Source of the DNA: Solirubrobacteraceae bacterium
GTDB taxonomy: Bacteria; Actinomycetota; Thermoleophilia; Solirubrobacterales; Solirubrobacteraceae
Length of the DNA stretch: 64,000 nt
Reading direction: 5' to 3'
Assembly: GCA_035553095.1 (NCBI GenBank)
Contig: DATNDZ010000020.1
Coordinates: 17,690 to 81,689, forward strand
A program made the translations under genes and the position numbers. The notes under the pieces were generated by a model that saw nothing but the letters and a program-made list of their open reading frames with translations, was not told the DNA's origin and did no database searches. Position 1 is the first letter of the stretch. Each line of letters opens with the position of its first letter. This document shows positions 17,507-26,703 of the stretch, one piece after another.

Positions 17507-19210
17507 CTAGACCCCGACCTGCGTGGCCCCGGTCGGCACCACCGCGCCCGAGACCGGCGCCGCGCCGCTGCGCCGTTCGATCTCGCGGCGGATGTCCTTC
17601 ATCGGTTCGACCGAGCGCACGACCGGCACGATGTCGAAGTTGTTGTCCGGCGGCGGCGAGGTGGTGAACCACTCGAGCGTGTTCGCCTTCCACGGGTCGG
17701 GCCCGGCTACGACGCCGACCTTGAGGCTGCGCGCGACGTTGATGATCGTCACGAGCACGCCGAGCGCGAGGATGAACGAGCCGACCGTCGAGATCTGGTT
17801 GTAGAGCTCGAGGTGGCCGACGTTGTCGTACTCGTACACGCGCCGCGGCATGCCGTCCAGTCCGATCACGTGCTGGATCAGGAACGTCGTCAGCACGCCC
17901 AGCAGCATCAGCGCGAAGCTGAGCCGGCCGAGCCCTTCGCCGAGCATCTTGCCTGTGATCTTCGGGAACCAGTAGTAGATGGCGGCGAAGATCGTGAAAA
18001 CCGATCCGCCGAGCAGCACGAAGTGCAGGTGGGCGACCACGAAGTACGTTTCGTTGACCTGCCAGTCGATCGGGAACGTGGCCAGGAAGATGCCCGAGAT
18101 GCCGCCGATCAGGAAGACCGTGATCGCGCCCACGCAGAACAAGAGCGGCGTGCGGAACTCCACCGTTCCGCGCCACAGCGTGGCGATCCAGTTGAGGATC
18201 TTCACGCCGGTCGGCACGGCGATGAAGTAGGAGCTGAGCATCACGAACACGAGGATCGCCTCGGGGATCGGCGCCGTGAACATGTGGTGCGCCCACGTGA
18301 GGAAGCCGAGGAAGGCGATCGCCACGGTCGAGGCCGCGATCGCCCGATAGCCGAAGATCGGCTTGCGCGCGAACACGGGCAGGACCTCGGAGATGATCCC
18401 GAAGCCGGGCAGGACCATGATGTAGACCTCCGGATGGCCGAAGAACCAGAACAGGTGCTGCCACAGCACCGGCGAGCCGCCGTTGGCTGGGTCGAAGAAG
18501 TGCGTGCCGAAATGGCGGTCGGTCAGCAGCATCGTCGCCGCCGCCGCGATCACGGGCATCGCGAAGATGATCAGCACCGCGTACACGAGGATCGTCCACA
18601 CGAACAGCGGCAGGCGCCCCCAGCTCATGCCGCGCGCGCGCATGTTGGCGATCGTCACGTAGAAGTTGACCGCGCCGAGGATCGATGAGATGCCGGTCAG
18701 GTGCACGAGGTAGATCCACGCGTCCTGGCCGCCGCCGGGCGAGTACGTGCTGTTGGCCAGCGGCACGAAGCTGACCCAGCCGGCTTCCGGCGGGTTCCAG
18801 AAGAGCGAGGCGTAGAAGACGATGCCGCCCGCCAGCAGCAGCCAGTAGGAGAGCGCGTTCAGGCGCGGGAAGGCCATGTCGCGCGCGCCGATCATCAACG
18901 GCAGGAAGTAGTTGGCCAGGCCGGCCATCATCGGCACGACGAACAGGAACACCATCGTCGTGCCGTGCATCGTGAACAGCTGGTTGTAGACCGTCGGCGT
19001 GATCAGCGTGTTGTCCGGCGCGCCGAGCTGCAGGCGCATCATCAGCGCCTCCACGCCTCCAAGGCAGAAGAACACGAAGGTCGTGACCATGTACATGATC
19101 CCGATCCGCTTGTGGTCGGTCGTCGTGATCCAGCTCGTCCAGCCGCGCGCGCGGCGCTCGGCGGCGTGAGCCGTCACCTGTGGGACGGGTGCGAGTTGTG
19201 CGGTGGCCAT
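17507..19210 (-). CDS. ctaD: Heme-copper oxidase subunit I, A1-type (FGHPEVY)
   Basis: TTDHKRIG, FTMHGTTM, DMAFPRLN, FWFFGHPEVY, WAHHM, VAHLHF, GMPRR. Confidence 0.96.
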   Translation of the reverse strand: MATAQLAPVPQVTAHAAERRARGWTSWITTTDHKRIGIMYMVTTFVFFCLGGVEALMMRLQLGAPDNTLITPTVYNQLFTMHGTTMVFLFVVPMMAGLANYFLPLMIGARDMAFPRLNALSYWLLLAGGIVFYASLFWNPPEAGWVSFVPLANSTYSPGGGQDAWIYLVHLTGISSILGAVNFYVTIANMRARGMSWGRLPLFVWTILVYAVLIIFAMPVIAAAATMLLTDRHFGTHFFDPANGGSPVLWQHLFWFFGHPEVYIMVLPGFGIISEVLPVFARKPIFGYRAIAASTVAIAFLGFLTWAHHMFTAPIPEAILVFVMLSSYFIAVPTGVKILNWIATLWRGTVEFRTPLLFCVGAITVFLIGGISGIFLATFPIDWQVNETYFVVAHLHFVLLGGSVFTIFAAIYYWFPKITGKMLGEGLGRLSFALMLLGVLTTFLIQHVIGLDGMPRRVYEYDNVGHLELYNQISTVGSFILALGVLVTIINVARSLKVGVVAGPDPWKANTLEWFTTSPPPDNNFDIVPVVRSVEPMKDIRREIERRSGAAPVSGAVVPTGATQVGV

Positions 19211-19232
19211 CGTGCGCTTGGTTCCTCGTGTC

Positions 19233-20075
19233 CTAGGGGTTTTCTACCTGTCCCGCGCCCGTCTGGGAGTTCAGTTTCGCTCGCGCCAGCTTCGCCTGTT
19301 CGTTGGCTTCGGCGATCAGCTTCTTCTGGTAGGCCAGCCATTCGTCGAACTGGGCCGGCGGGACGGCCTTGACGGTGGCGATCATGCGGGCGTGCCCGCG
19401 GCCGCAGAGGAGGGCGCACTGGCCCTTGAAGACGCCCGGCTTTTCGATCTTGAACCAGGTGTAGTTGTGGTAGCCCGGCACCGCCTGGAACTTGCCGCCG
19501 AGCTGCGGCACCCACCAGGAGTGCACGACGTCGGAGGAGACGATGTCGAGCGTGACCGTCGTTTTCGTGGGGACGACCATCTGCTCGTAGGAGTAGGGCG
19601 CGCCGAGCCCGTCCGGTTCGTCTGCGCCCGGGTACACGTACTGCCAGATGAACTGGCGCCCGATCACCTTGATGTTGAGCGCTTTCCCGTTTGGCGGCAG
19701 CTTGCGCGCGTCGCTCGCGTACAGCCGGGTGACGTCGGCGCTGGCCAGCTTGTCGCCTTCCGGGCTCGAGTTGGGCGGGTTCTGGATCGAGTCGAGCTTC
19801 GCGAACGTGACGACCGCCAGCGCCAGCAGGATCACGGCCGCCGCCACCGTCCAGCCGACCTCGAGGCGAGTGTTGCCGCGGATCTGCGCTGCCACGGCAC
19901 CCTTGCGCGCGCGGAAGCGGAACAGCGCGTAGAGCATGCCTCCCTCGACCAGCACGAAGATGACGAGCGCGATCACGAGCGTGATCTTGTAGAGGCTGTC
20001 CGTCTGGTTGGCGTTCGACGAGCCGCCCGACTCGGGGGTGAAGAACGCGAGCGTTGCGGAGAGCAGGTGGCCCAA
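19233..20075 (-). CDS. ctaC: Cytochrome c oxidase subunit II (CuA)
   Basis: IRGNTRLEVGWT, QFIWQY, DVVHSWWVP, CALLCGRGHARM; start uncertain (TTG). Confidence 0.93.
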   Translation of the reverse strand: MGHLLSATLAFFTPESGGSSNANQTDSLYKITLVIALVIFVLVEGGMLYALFRFRARKGAVAAQIRGNTRLEVGWTVAAAVILLALAVVTFAKLDSIQNPPNSSPEGDKLASADVTRLYASDARKLPPNGKALNIKVIGRQFIWQYVYPGADEPDGLGAPYSYEQMVVPTKTTVTLDIVSSDVVHSWWVPQLGGKFQAVPGYHNYTWFKIEKPGVFKGQCALLCGRGHARMIATVKAVPPAQFDEWLAYQKKLIAEANEQAKLARAKLNSQTGAGQVENP

Positions 20076-20195
20076 GGCGGCCGGGATTCTATTCAGGCGT
20101 GCACCGGAGGCGCTTGATGACGTCTGCCACGAGCTCGGGGCGGCGGTCGGGCGGCCGGGGGATCACGCGCCGCGCAGCGCGGGGCGGGGGCGCGG

Positions 20196-21005
20196 TCACG
20201 CCCCGGTGAAGCGGGGCTCGCGCTTCTGCGCGAACGCCAGCGCGCCCTCGACGAAGTCGGCGCTGCCGGCCATCTCCTGCTGGATCTGAGCCTCGAGCTC
20301 GAGCTGCTCCTCCATGCGTGCGTACAGCCAGTTGTTGAGCTGGCGCTTGGCACCGGCATACGAGCGCGTGGGGCCCGCCGCCATCCGCGTCGCCAGCGCC
20401 GACGCCTCGCCGTCGAGCTGCCCGTCCGGCACCACGCGGTTGATCAGCCCCCATTCGAGCGCCTTCGCCGCGGGCAGGCGCTCACCCAGCATCGAGAGCT
20501 CCGTGGCACGGGCCATGCCGATGCGGGTCGGCAGGAACAGCGAGGAGCCGCCGTCCGGGACGAGCCCGATGTTCACGAATGCGAGCAGGAAGTACGCGCT
20601 CTCGGCCGCCAGGATCAAGTCGCAGCAGAGCGCAAGCGAGCAGCCGATGCCGACGGCCGGCCCGTTGACGGCGGCGATCACGGGCTTGGGCATCGTGCGG
20701 ACGGCGTGCATGATCGGGTGGTATCGCTCGGTCAGCGTCTTGTAGACGTCCGGGCGGCCGTCCGGCGTCGTCTCGCCGCTGATGTCCTTCAGGTCGGCGC
20801 CCGAGGAGAAGGCGCGGCCGGCGCCGGTCAGGACGACCGCGCGGACCTGCTCGTCGGCGCCGAGGTCTCCCAGCGCCCGCAGCAGGTCATCGCCGAACTG
20901 CGCGTTCCAGGCATTGAGCGCGTGCGGGCGGTTGAGCTCGACCCTCGCCGTTCCATCGGCGACCCTCACGTTGACCGTCTGTAGTTGGGTGCTTGACTCG
21001 GTCAC
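20196..21005 (-). CDS. Enoyl-CoA hydratase/isomerase family protein
   Basis: LNRPHALNA, AFSSGADL, PKPVIAAVNGPAVGIG, IGLVPDGG. Confidence 0.93.
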   Translation of the reverse strand: MTESSTQLQTVNVRVADGTARVELNRPHALNAWNAQFGDDLLRALGDLGADEQVRAVVLTGAGRAFSSGADLKDISGETTPDGRPDVYKTLTERYHPIMHAVRTMPKPVIAAVNGPAVGIGCSLALCCDLILAAESAYFLLAFVNIGLVPDGGSSLFLPTRIGMARATELSMLGERLPAAKALEWGLINRVVPDGQLDGEASALATRMAAGPTRSYAGAKRQLNNWLYARMEEQLELEAQIQQEMAGSADFVEGALAFAQKREPRFTGA

Positions 21006-21100
21006 TGAAGTCCTCCGATCGCGCGGCTGGTGAGCGTGGGGTGCGCGCGAGGCGGCCCGCTCGACCGCGGCCGGCGCCGCTTGATCCTATGGTGTGAGCG

Positions 21101-21844
21101 ATGGAGCGACCAGTCATCGGCCTGTGCACCGCGCTCGAACGCGCCCAGTGGAGCGTGTGGGATCAGCCCGCCGTGCTGCTGCCGCGCAACTACGTCGACG
21201 CCGTGCAGCGCGCCGGCGGCCTCGGGCTGCTGCTGCCGCCCGACCCGCACCTGGTCGAGCAGCCCGGCGAGCTCGTGGCGATGCTCGATGGTCTGCTGCT
21301 GGCCGGCGGCGCCGACATCGACCCGGGGACCTACGGCCAGAGCCCGCATCCGCACACCCAGGAAACGGTGCCCGAGCGCGACGCCTTCGAGATCGCCCTC
21401 ACGCGCGGAGCAATCGAGCGCGACGTGCCCGTGCTCGGCATCTGCCGCGGCATGCAGCTGATCAACGTCGCCCTCGGCGGCACGCTCACCCAGCACCTGC
21501 CCGAGCACCTGGGCCACGAGGAGCACCGCAGGGTGATGGGCTCCTTCGACGGCTCCGATCACGACGTCGATGTGCTCGACGGCACGCTCGCACGGCGCGT
21601 GATCGGCGCCGGCCGGCACGGCACCAAGTCCCACCATCACCAGGGCGTCGACCGCGTCGGCGACGGTCTGATCGTCAGCGCCACGGCCGCGGCCGACGGT
21701 CTGATCGAGGCGCTCGAGCAGCCCGACCGGAGCTTCGTGCTGGGCGTGCAGTGGCACCCCGAGGCGGACGCGATGAGCCCCGTGATCGGCGGCCTCGTGC
21801 AGGCCGCCGCCGAGCACGCACGCGCACGGGTGCCGGTGCGCTAG
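21101..21844 (+). CDS. Class I glutamine amidotransferase, peptidase C26 (PuuD-like)
   Basis: LAGGADIDP, LGICRGMQ, SHHHQG, GVQWHPE. Confidence 0.93.
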   Translation: MERPVIGLCTALERAQWSVWDQPAVLLPRNYVDAVQRAGGLGLLLPPDPHLVEQPGELVAMLDGLLLAGGADIDPGTYGQSPHPHTQETVPERDAFEIALTRGAIERDVPVLGICRGMQLINVALGGTLTQHLPEHLGHEEHRRVMGSFDGSDHDVDVLDGTLARRVIGAGRHGTKSHHHQGVDRVGDGLIVSATAAADGLIEALEQPDRSFVLGVQWHPEADAMSPVIGGLVQAAAEHARARVPVR

Positions 21845-21928
21845 GGCTCGGCGCGGGCGCGCAGGACGGGCTGCGCGTGCGCCGGAGCGGCCGCTGGGCG
21901 CGCCGGGCACGGACATATACTCGGCCTG

Positions 21929-22960
21929 GTGCGCCGCTCCAGCGCGATCAGAGCAATCGCCTGGGGAGTCGTCGCCGCCGGGATCTCGGCGCCGCTCGTG
22001 CGCAAGCGCGTGCGCGCACCGGCCGTCCTGACGCAGACCGTTGCGTTCGCCGCGCCGCTCGGCCTGTCGGTCGCGATGCGCCGGTCACGCGTGCGCGATG
22101 TGGCGGTCTGCGGTCTGCAGATGTGGGCGTACGTGGCCGCCTACAAGTCGCCGCACGACGACCCCGACGCGCAGGAGCAGAAGACGCGCTTTCGGTACCC
22201 GATCGTCGCCGACCGCGTGCTTGGGCTCGGCGAGCTGCCGACCGTCCGCCTGCAGCGCGCGCTCGCGCGCAACGGACCCGACGGGCCGGAATGGCGTGCG
22301 CTCGACCGCGTGCTCGTGTGGACGCATTGGGCCTGGTTCACGGTCCCGCACGGCACGGTGGCCTACATCCTGCTGCGTCATCCCGCCCGCTTTCCGCGCG
22401 CCGCGGCGATGACATACGCGGTGTTCAACATCGGCGCGAGCATCTACTGGGTGCTGCCCACGGCGCCGCCCTGGTACGCCGCCGAGGGCGCCTACGCGCT
22501 CGACGGCGTCCCCGCCGTGAGCCGTGCCCCCGGCGCGGTGGCGGCCGTGCGCGGGCTGGAACCGTCCGAGGCAGCCGAGGGCGCGGCCGTGCGGCGCATG
22601 ATGGTGGAGTACGGCGAGCACTTCTGGCGTGATGGCTGGGGGCCGCTCTACAGTGTCCTCGGGGGTAATCCCCTAGCTGCGATGCCCTCGCTTCACTTCG
22701 CGACATCACTGATGGCCGCGCTTCTGCTTGCAGAGGTCGGGCCGGTGGCGGGCGCGCTTGGGTTCGCCTACGCGTTCACGCTCGGCTTCGCGCTCGTCTA
22801 CCTCGGCGAGCACTACGTCGTCGACCTGCTCGCCGGCGCTGCGTTGACGGGCGCGGTGCGCCGCCTCGCGCCGCACGCGGCGCCGCTCGCCGGTCGCCTC
22901 GCGCGCGGCGTGGCCGGGCTCGAGGCGATCGCGCACGAGGGAGGCAGCGTGGCGGCGTGA
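21929..22960 (+). CDS. PAP2-superfamily membrane protein (Aur1/IPC-synthase-like)
   Basis: PTAPPW, NPLAAMPSLH, GEHYVVD. Confidence 0.85.
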   Translation: MRRSSAIRAIAWGVVAAGISAPLVRKRVRAPAVLTQTVAFAAPLGLSVAMRRSRVRDVAVCGLQMWAYVAAYKSPHDDPDAQEQKTRFRYPIVADRVLGLGELPTVRLQRALARNGPDGPEWRALDRVLVWTHWAWFTVPHGTVAYILLRHPARFPRAAAMTYAVFNIGASIYWVLPTAPPWYAAEGAYALDGVPAVSRAPGAVAAVRGLEPSEAAEGAAVRRMMVEYGEHFWRDGWGPLYSVLGGNPLAAMPSLHFATSLMAALLLAEVGPVAGALGFAYAFTLGFALVYLGEHYVVDLLAGAALTGAVRRLAPHAAPLAGRLARGVAGLEAIAHEGGSVAA

Positions 22961-24132
22961 GCGACCAGCACAGCGACCCGGAGGTGCGTGAGGCTTTGGT
23001 GCAGGCCGCGCCGGTCGGCGGGAGGGGCGGGGCGAGCGAAGAGGAGATGCCGCGCGTCGTGGTCACGCGCAGGCGCGCCATCGCATTCGGCCTGTTCGTG
23101 CTCACCGTCATCGCCTTCTTCTATTTCGTGCTGCCCAAGCTGAGCGGCGTCAGCGAAACGGTGAACCGGATCGAGCACGGCGACACCTGGTGGATCGCGA
23201 TCGGCGCCGTGCTCGAGCTGTTCTCCTTCGCCGGCTACGTGATCCTCTTCAGGGCCGTGTTCGTGAGGGGCGACGGCCGCATCGGCTGGCCCGAGAGCTA
23301 TGAGATCACGATGGCCGGCCTTGCCGCCACGCGGCTGTTCGCCACCGCGGGCGCCGGCGGCATTGCGCTGACGGCGTGGGCGTTGCGGCGCTCGGGCATG
23401 GAGCCGCGGATCGTCGTCTGCCGCATGGTCGCCTTCATGGCGCTCCTGTACGTCGTCTTCGCGGGCTCGCTGGTCGTGGATGGGGTCGGCCTGGGGTCCG
23501 GCCTGTTCCCGGGCGGCGGCTCGTTCGCGATCACGTGGGTGCCCGCGATCGTGGGCACGCTGTTGCTCGGCGCGGCCGCCGCCGTCGCGGCCCTGCCGGG
23601 CGATGTCGAGAGGCGGCTGCAACGCCGCGCCGAAGGCTCTGGACGGATCGCGCACTGGCTCGCGCGCGCGGTCACCGTGCCCGCGCTGGCCGCGAGCGGC
23701 GTGCGCACGGCGATCGACCTGGTGCGCTCGCGCAACCCCGGGCTGCTGGGCGCGATCGCGTGGTGGGGCTTCGACATCAGTGTGCTGTGGGCGATGTTCC
23801 ACGCGTTCGGGTCGCCGCCGCCGTTCACCGTCATCTGGATGGCCTACTTCATCGGCCAGCTCGGCAACCTGCTGCCTCTGCCGGGCGGGCTGGGCGGCGT
23901 CGAAGGCGCCATGATCGGCGCCTTCGCCGCCTTCGGCGTCGACTTCAACCTGGCCGTGCTGGCAGTGCTGACATATCGCGCGATCTCCTTCTGGCTGCCC
24001 ACCGTGCCCGGGGCGGTCGCCTACTTCCAGCTGCGCCGCACCGTCGCCCGCTGGCGCGAGGAGCAGAGCTCACAGGCCGGGCAGCTGCATGCGGGCTCGG
24101 TCGGCGCGGCCGGCGCCGTCGGGGCGCGGTGA
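22957..24132 (+). CDS. Lysylphosphatidylglycerol-synthase TM / flippase-like protein (UPF0104)
   Basis: Multi-TM; LPLPGGLGGVEGAM, AVLTYRAISFWLP; GTGA overlap with the PAP2 gene. Confidence 0.85.
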   Translation: MSDQHSDPEVREALVQAAPVGGRGGASEEEMPRVVVTRRRAIAFGLFVLTVIAFFYFVLPKLSGVSETVNRIEHGDTWWIAIGAVLELFSFAGYVILFRAVFVRGDGRIGWPESYEITMAGLAATRLFATAGAGGIALTAWALRRSGMEPRIVVCRMVAFMALLYVVFAGSLVVDGVGLGSGLFPGGGSFAITWVPAIVGTLLLGAAAAVAALPGDVERRLQRRAEGSGRIAHWLARAVTVPALAASGVRTAIDLVRSRNPGLLGAIAWWGFDISVLWAMFHAFGSPPPFTVIWMAYFIGQLGNLLPLPGGLGGVEGAMIGAFAAFGVDFNLAVLAVLTYRAISFWLPTVPGAVAYFQLRRTVARWREEQSSQAGQLHAGSVGAAGAVGAR

Positions 24133-24213
24133 GTCGCCGCCGGGCGGCGCCCGATCGGCCGGCGCCGCGCGGCGCGTCCTGAACCGCTATACAGAAACCC
24201 AGTCGCAGGGCTA

Positions 24214-24232
24214 TACTTTACTTAGTAAAGTA
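24214..24232. promoter_or_regulatory. Putative operator upstream of trxB
   Basis: Perfect AT-rich 9-1-9 IR TACTTTACT-T-AGTAAAGTA overlapping the TATACT -10 box. Confidence 0.7.
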
Positions 24233-24246
24233 CCGATTGGAGAGAG

Positions 24247-25290
24247 ATGAACGACGTCGAGAACGTGATCATCATCGGCAGCGGGCCCGCCGGCTATACG
24301 GCGGCCCTGTACACGGCGCGCGCCAACCTGAGCCCGCTCGTGTTCGAGGGCTTCGCCTGGGGCGGCCTGTTGCAGCAGACGACCGACGTCGAGAACTATC
24401 CGGGCTTCCCCGACGGGATCATGGGTCCCGAGATCATGCAGAAGTTCCGCGACCAGGCCGAGCGCTTCGGCGCGCGCCTGGAGACCGAGGACGTCGATCG
24501 CGTCGAGCTCGCCGACGAGCCCGGCGGCATCCATAGCGTGTGGGTGGGGGACACCGAGCACCGCACGCGCACGGTCGTGTTGGCGATGGGCGCCGAGCAC
24601 AAGAAGCTCTGCGTGCCCGGCGAGGAGGAGCTCTCCGGACGCGGCGTCAGCTACTGCGCGACCTGCGACGCCGCCTTCTTCAGCGGCGCCGAGACGGTGA
24701 TCGTGGGCGGCGGCGACTCGGCGATGGAGGAGGCCATCTTCCTCTCCAAGTTCGCCTCCAAGGTGACCGTCGTGCACCGCCGCGCCGACTTCCGCGCCTC
24801 CAAGATCATGCTCGGGCGCGCCCGCGCTCAGAAGAACATCGAGCTGCTCACGCCGTATGTCGTGGAGGAGTTCGTGCCGGGCGAGAACGGCGCGCTAGGC
24901 CACGCCCGGCTGAAGCAGGCAGAGACGGGGGAGGAGCGCGAGCTGCCCGTCTCGGGCGCCTTCATCGCGATCGGCCACGAGCCGCAGTCGCGGATCGTGC
25001 AGGGCCAGGTCGAGCTCGACGAGAACGGCTACGTGCAGACCCAGGGAAGGTCCACCCGCACCAATCGCCCCGGCGTGTTCGCCGCGGGCGACCTCGTCGA
25101 CCACACCTACCGCCAGGCGATCACCGCGGCCGGCTCCGGATGTGAGGCTGCGCTCGACGCCGAGTGGTACCTGCGCGACACCCCCGAGGTACCCACGCCG
25201 GCCGGCATGCCCGAGGGCGACCTCGCCGAGGCGCAGTGGGCGCCGCCGGCCGTAGCTGCCGAGCCGGCCGCTGCAGACGCATCCGCCTAG
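24247..25290 (+). CDS. trxB: Thioredoxin-disulfide reductase
   Basis: [48 protein letters not shown]. Confidence 0.97.
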   Translation: MNDVENVIIIGSGPAGYTAALYTARANLSPLVFEGFAWGGLLQQTTDVENYPGFPDGIMGPEIMQKFRDQAERFGARLETEDVDRVELADEPGGIHSVWVGDTEHRTRTVVLAMGAEHKKLCVPGEEELSGRGVSYCATCDAAFFSGAETVIVGGGDSAMEEAIFLSKFASKVTVVHRRADFRASKIMLGRARAQKNIELLTPYVVEEFVPGENGALGHARLKQAETGEERELPVSGAFIAIGHEPQSRIVQGQVELDENGYVQTQGRSTRTNRPGVFAAGDLVDHTYRQAITAAGSGCEAALDAEWYLRDTPEVPTPAGMPEGDLAEAQWAPPAVAAEPAAADASA

Positions 25291-25329
25291 GATTAGCGTC
25301 CAGGTGGGCGGGCGATGACCAAGCCTCGC

Positions 25330-25412
25330 AAGGACGCAGGGAGTGTGGCGTGCGGAGTAGCACGCGAGCTGGCCGATCGGGGATCGCATTCGATCCACGA
25401 TCGGTAGGACGC
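25330..25412. repeat. Structured intergenic repeat, rearranged copy 3
   Basis: AAGGACGCAGGGAGTGTGGCGTGC..GCACGCGAGC followed by the TGGCCGATCGGGGAT module and AGGACGCC. Confidence 0.72.
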
Positions 25413-25425
25413 CGCGAGGCGCCGG

Positions 25426-26109
25426 TCAGCGGTCGCCCAGCGCGCCCTCCAGCTCCAGCAGGAACTGCTTACGCTCCAGACCGCCGGCGTAGCCCCCGAG
25501 CGAGCCGCCGCTGCGCAGGACGCGGTGGCAGGGCACGACGATCGGGATCGGGTTGGCGCCGAGCGCGTTGCCCGCGGCGCGTGAGCCGCGCGGGCTGCCC
25601 GCCTCGGCGGCGACCTCGGCGTAGCTCAGCACGCGGCCGTAGGGGATCTGCGCGGTCGCGCCGAGCACGCGTCGCGCGAACGGGCCGGCCAGGCTCCAGT
25701 CGAGCGGCAGCTCGAAAACGCGCCTGCGCCCGGCGAAGTACTCGTCGAGCTCGCGGCGGATCGGATCGAGCCGGGCCGGCGCCTGCACGATCCGCGGCGA
25801 GATGCGCGCGGCCAGTCGCTCGAGCACGAGCTCCTCGCTCTCCTCGGGGAACGCGAGCCTGACCAGGCCGCTGGCGCTCGCCGCAAGCAGCAGCTTGCCG
25901 AAGGGCGAGTCCACGGGCGCGTAGCTGACGTCGGCAAGGCCTTGCTCGGCCAGCCGGTCGCTGAGCCGTCGCGCGGCCGTGTGCGCCGCCTCCGCGACCG
26001 CGTCTGGGCCCTCCCGAGGGCCGCTCTCGCCTACGTCGCGGGCGTGGCCGGGGCCGCGCCGCAGCGCCCGCTCGAGCTCCGCCCCCGACACTCCGTTTCG
26101 CCTGCTCAT
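25426..26109 (-). CDS. ogt: Methylated-DNA--protein-cysteine S-methyltransferase
   Basis: DSPFGKL, IPYGRVLSY, RAAGNALGANPIPIVVPCHRV, GGYAGG; ATG at 26109 overlaps the sigma stop. Confidence 0.93.
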   Translation of the reverse strand: MSRRNGVSGAELERALRRGPGHARDVGESGPREGPDAVAEAAHTAARRLSDRLAEQGLADVSYAPVDSPFGKLLLAASASGLVRLAFPEESEELVLERLAARISPRIVQAPARLDPIRRELDEYFAGRRRVFELPLDWSLAGPFARRVLGATAQIPYGRVLSYAEVAAEAGSPRGSRAAGNALGANPIPIVVPCHRVLRSGGSLGGYAGGLERKQFLLELEGALGDR

Positions 26110-26621
26110 GCCTGCACCGCCTTTCTCAACTTCGTAAGTCCCTCGTGCAGCGAGCGCCGCGCGGCCTCCGCCGAACAGTCCATCGCCGCCGCGATCTCGC
26201 GGTGCGGCAGGTCGGCGAGGAAGCGCAGCACGACCGCCGAGCGCTGACGCTCCGGCAGCTCGCCGACCGCCGCCCACAGTTGCTCCTCGCGCGCGAGCAG
26301 CTGCTCCTGCGCGCTCGGTGTCGAGCGCTCGCGCGACTCGCCCCGGTCGTGGTCGGCCACCGGCTCCGGGCGGCGTCCACGCGCGCGGTGCGCGTCGAGC
26401 GCCTTGTGCTGCGCGATCGTCAACACCCACGCGCGCAGGTTCGATTCCGGGCGCAGCCGCGGATACGCACGCAGGGCGGCGATGAACGTCTCCTGAAAGC
26501 AGTCCTCGGCCTCGGCCGCGCCGACCTGGGAGACGAGGTAGCGCCAGACCACCTCGCGTTCGTCGTCGAGGAAGCGTTGGAACGGGGGCGGCCGTCTCGA
26601 CCGCAGCGACGTCGCGCTCAC
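26106..26621 (-). CDS. ECF RNA polymerase sigma factor
   Basis: AEDCFQETFIAA, LRAWVLTIA, LPERQRSAVVLRF..REIAAAM..AARRSL. Confidence 0.9.
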   Translation of the reverse strand: MSATSLRSRRPPPFQRFLDDEREVVWRYLVSQVGAAEAEDCFQETFIAALRAYPRLRPESNLRAWVLTIAQHKALDAHRARGRRPEPVADHDRGESRERSTPSAQEQLLAREEQLWAAVGELPERQRSAVVLRFLADLPHREIAAAMDCSAEAARRSLHEGLTKLRKAVQA

Positions 26622-26703
26622 ACCGGCATAACGCCCATGAGGCGAGGTGCGTGAGATCGCCGGGCGGGACGCGCTCCGATCGGCCTCGCGCGCCGGGATC
26701 CGC

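Noticed and set aside
12328-19210. Duplicate ctaC/ctaD as an assembly artefact or recent duplication
   Set aside because: The two copies are strongly diverged and carry different subfamily motifs
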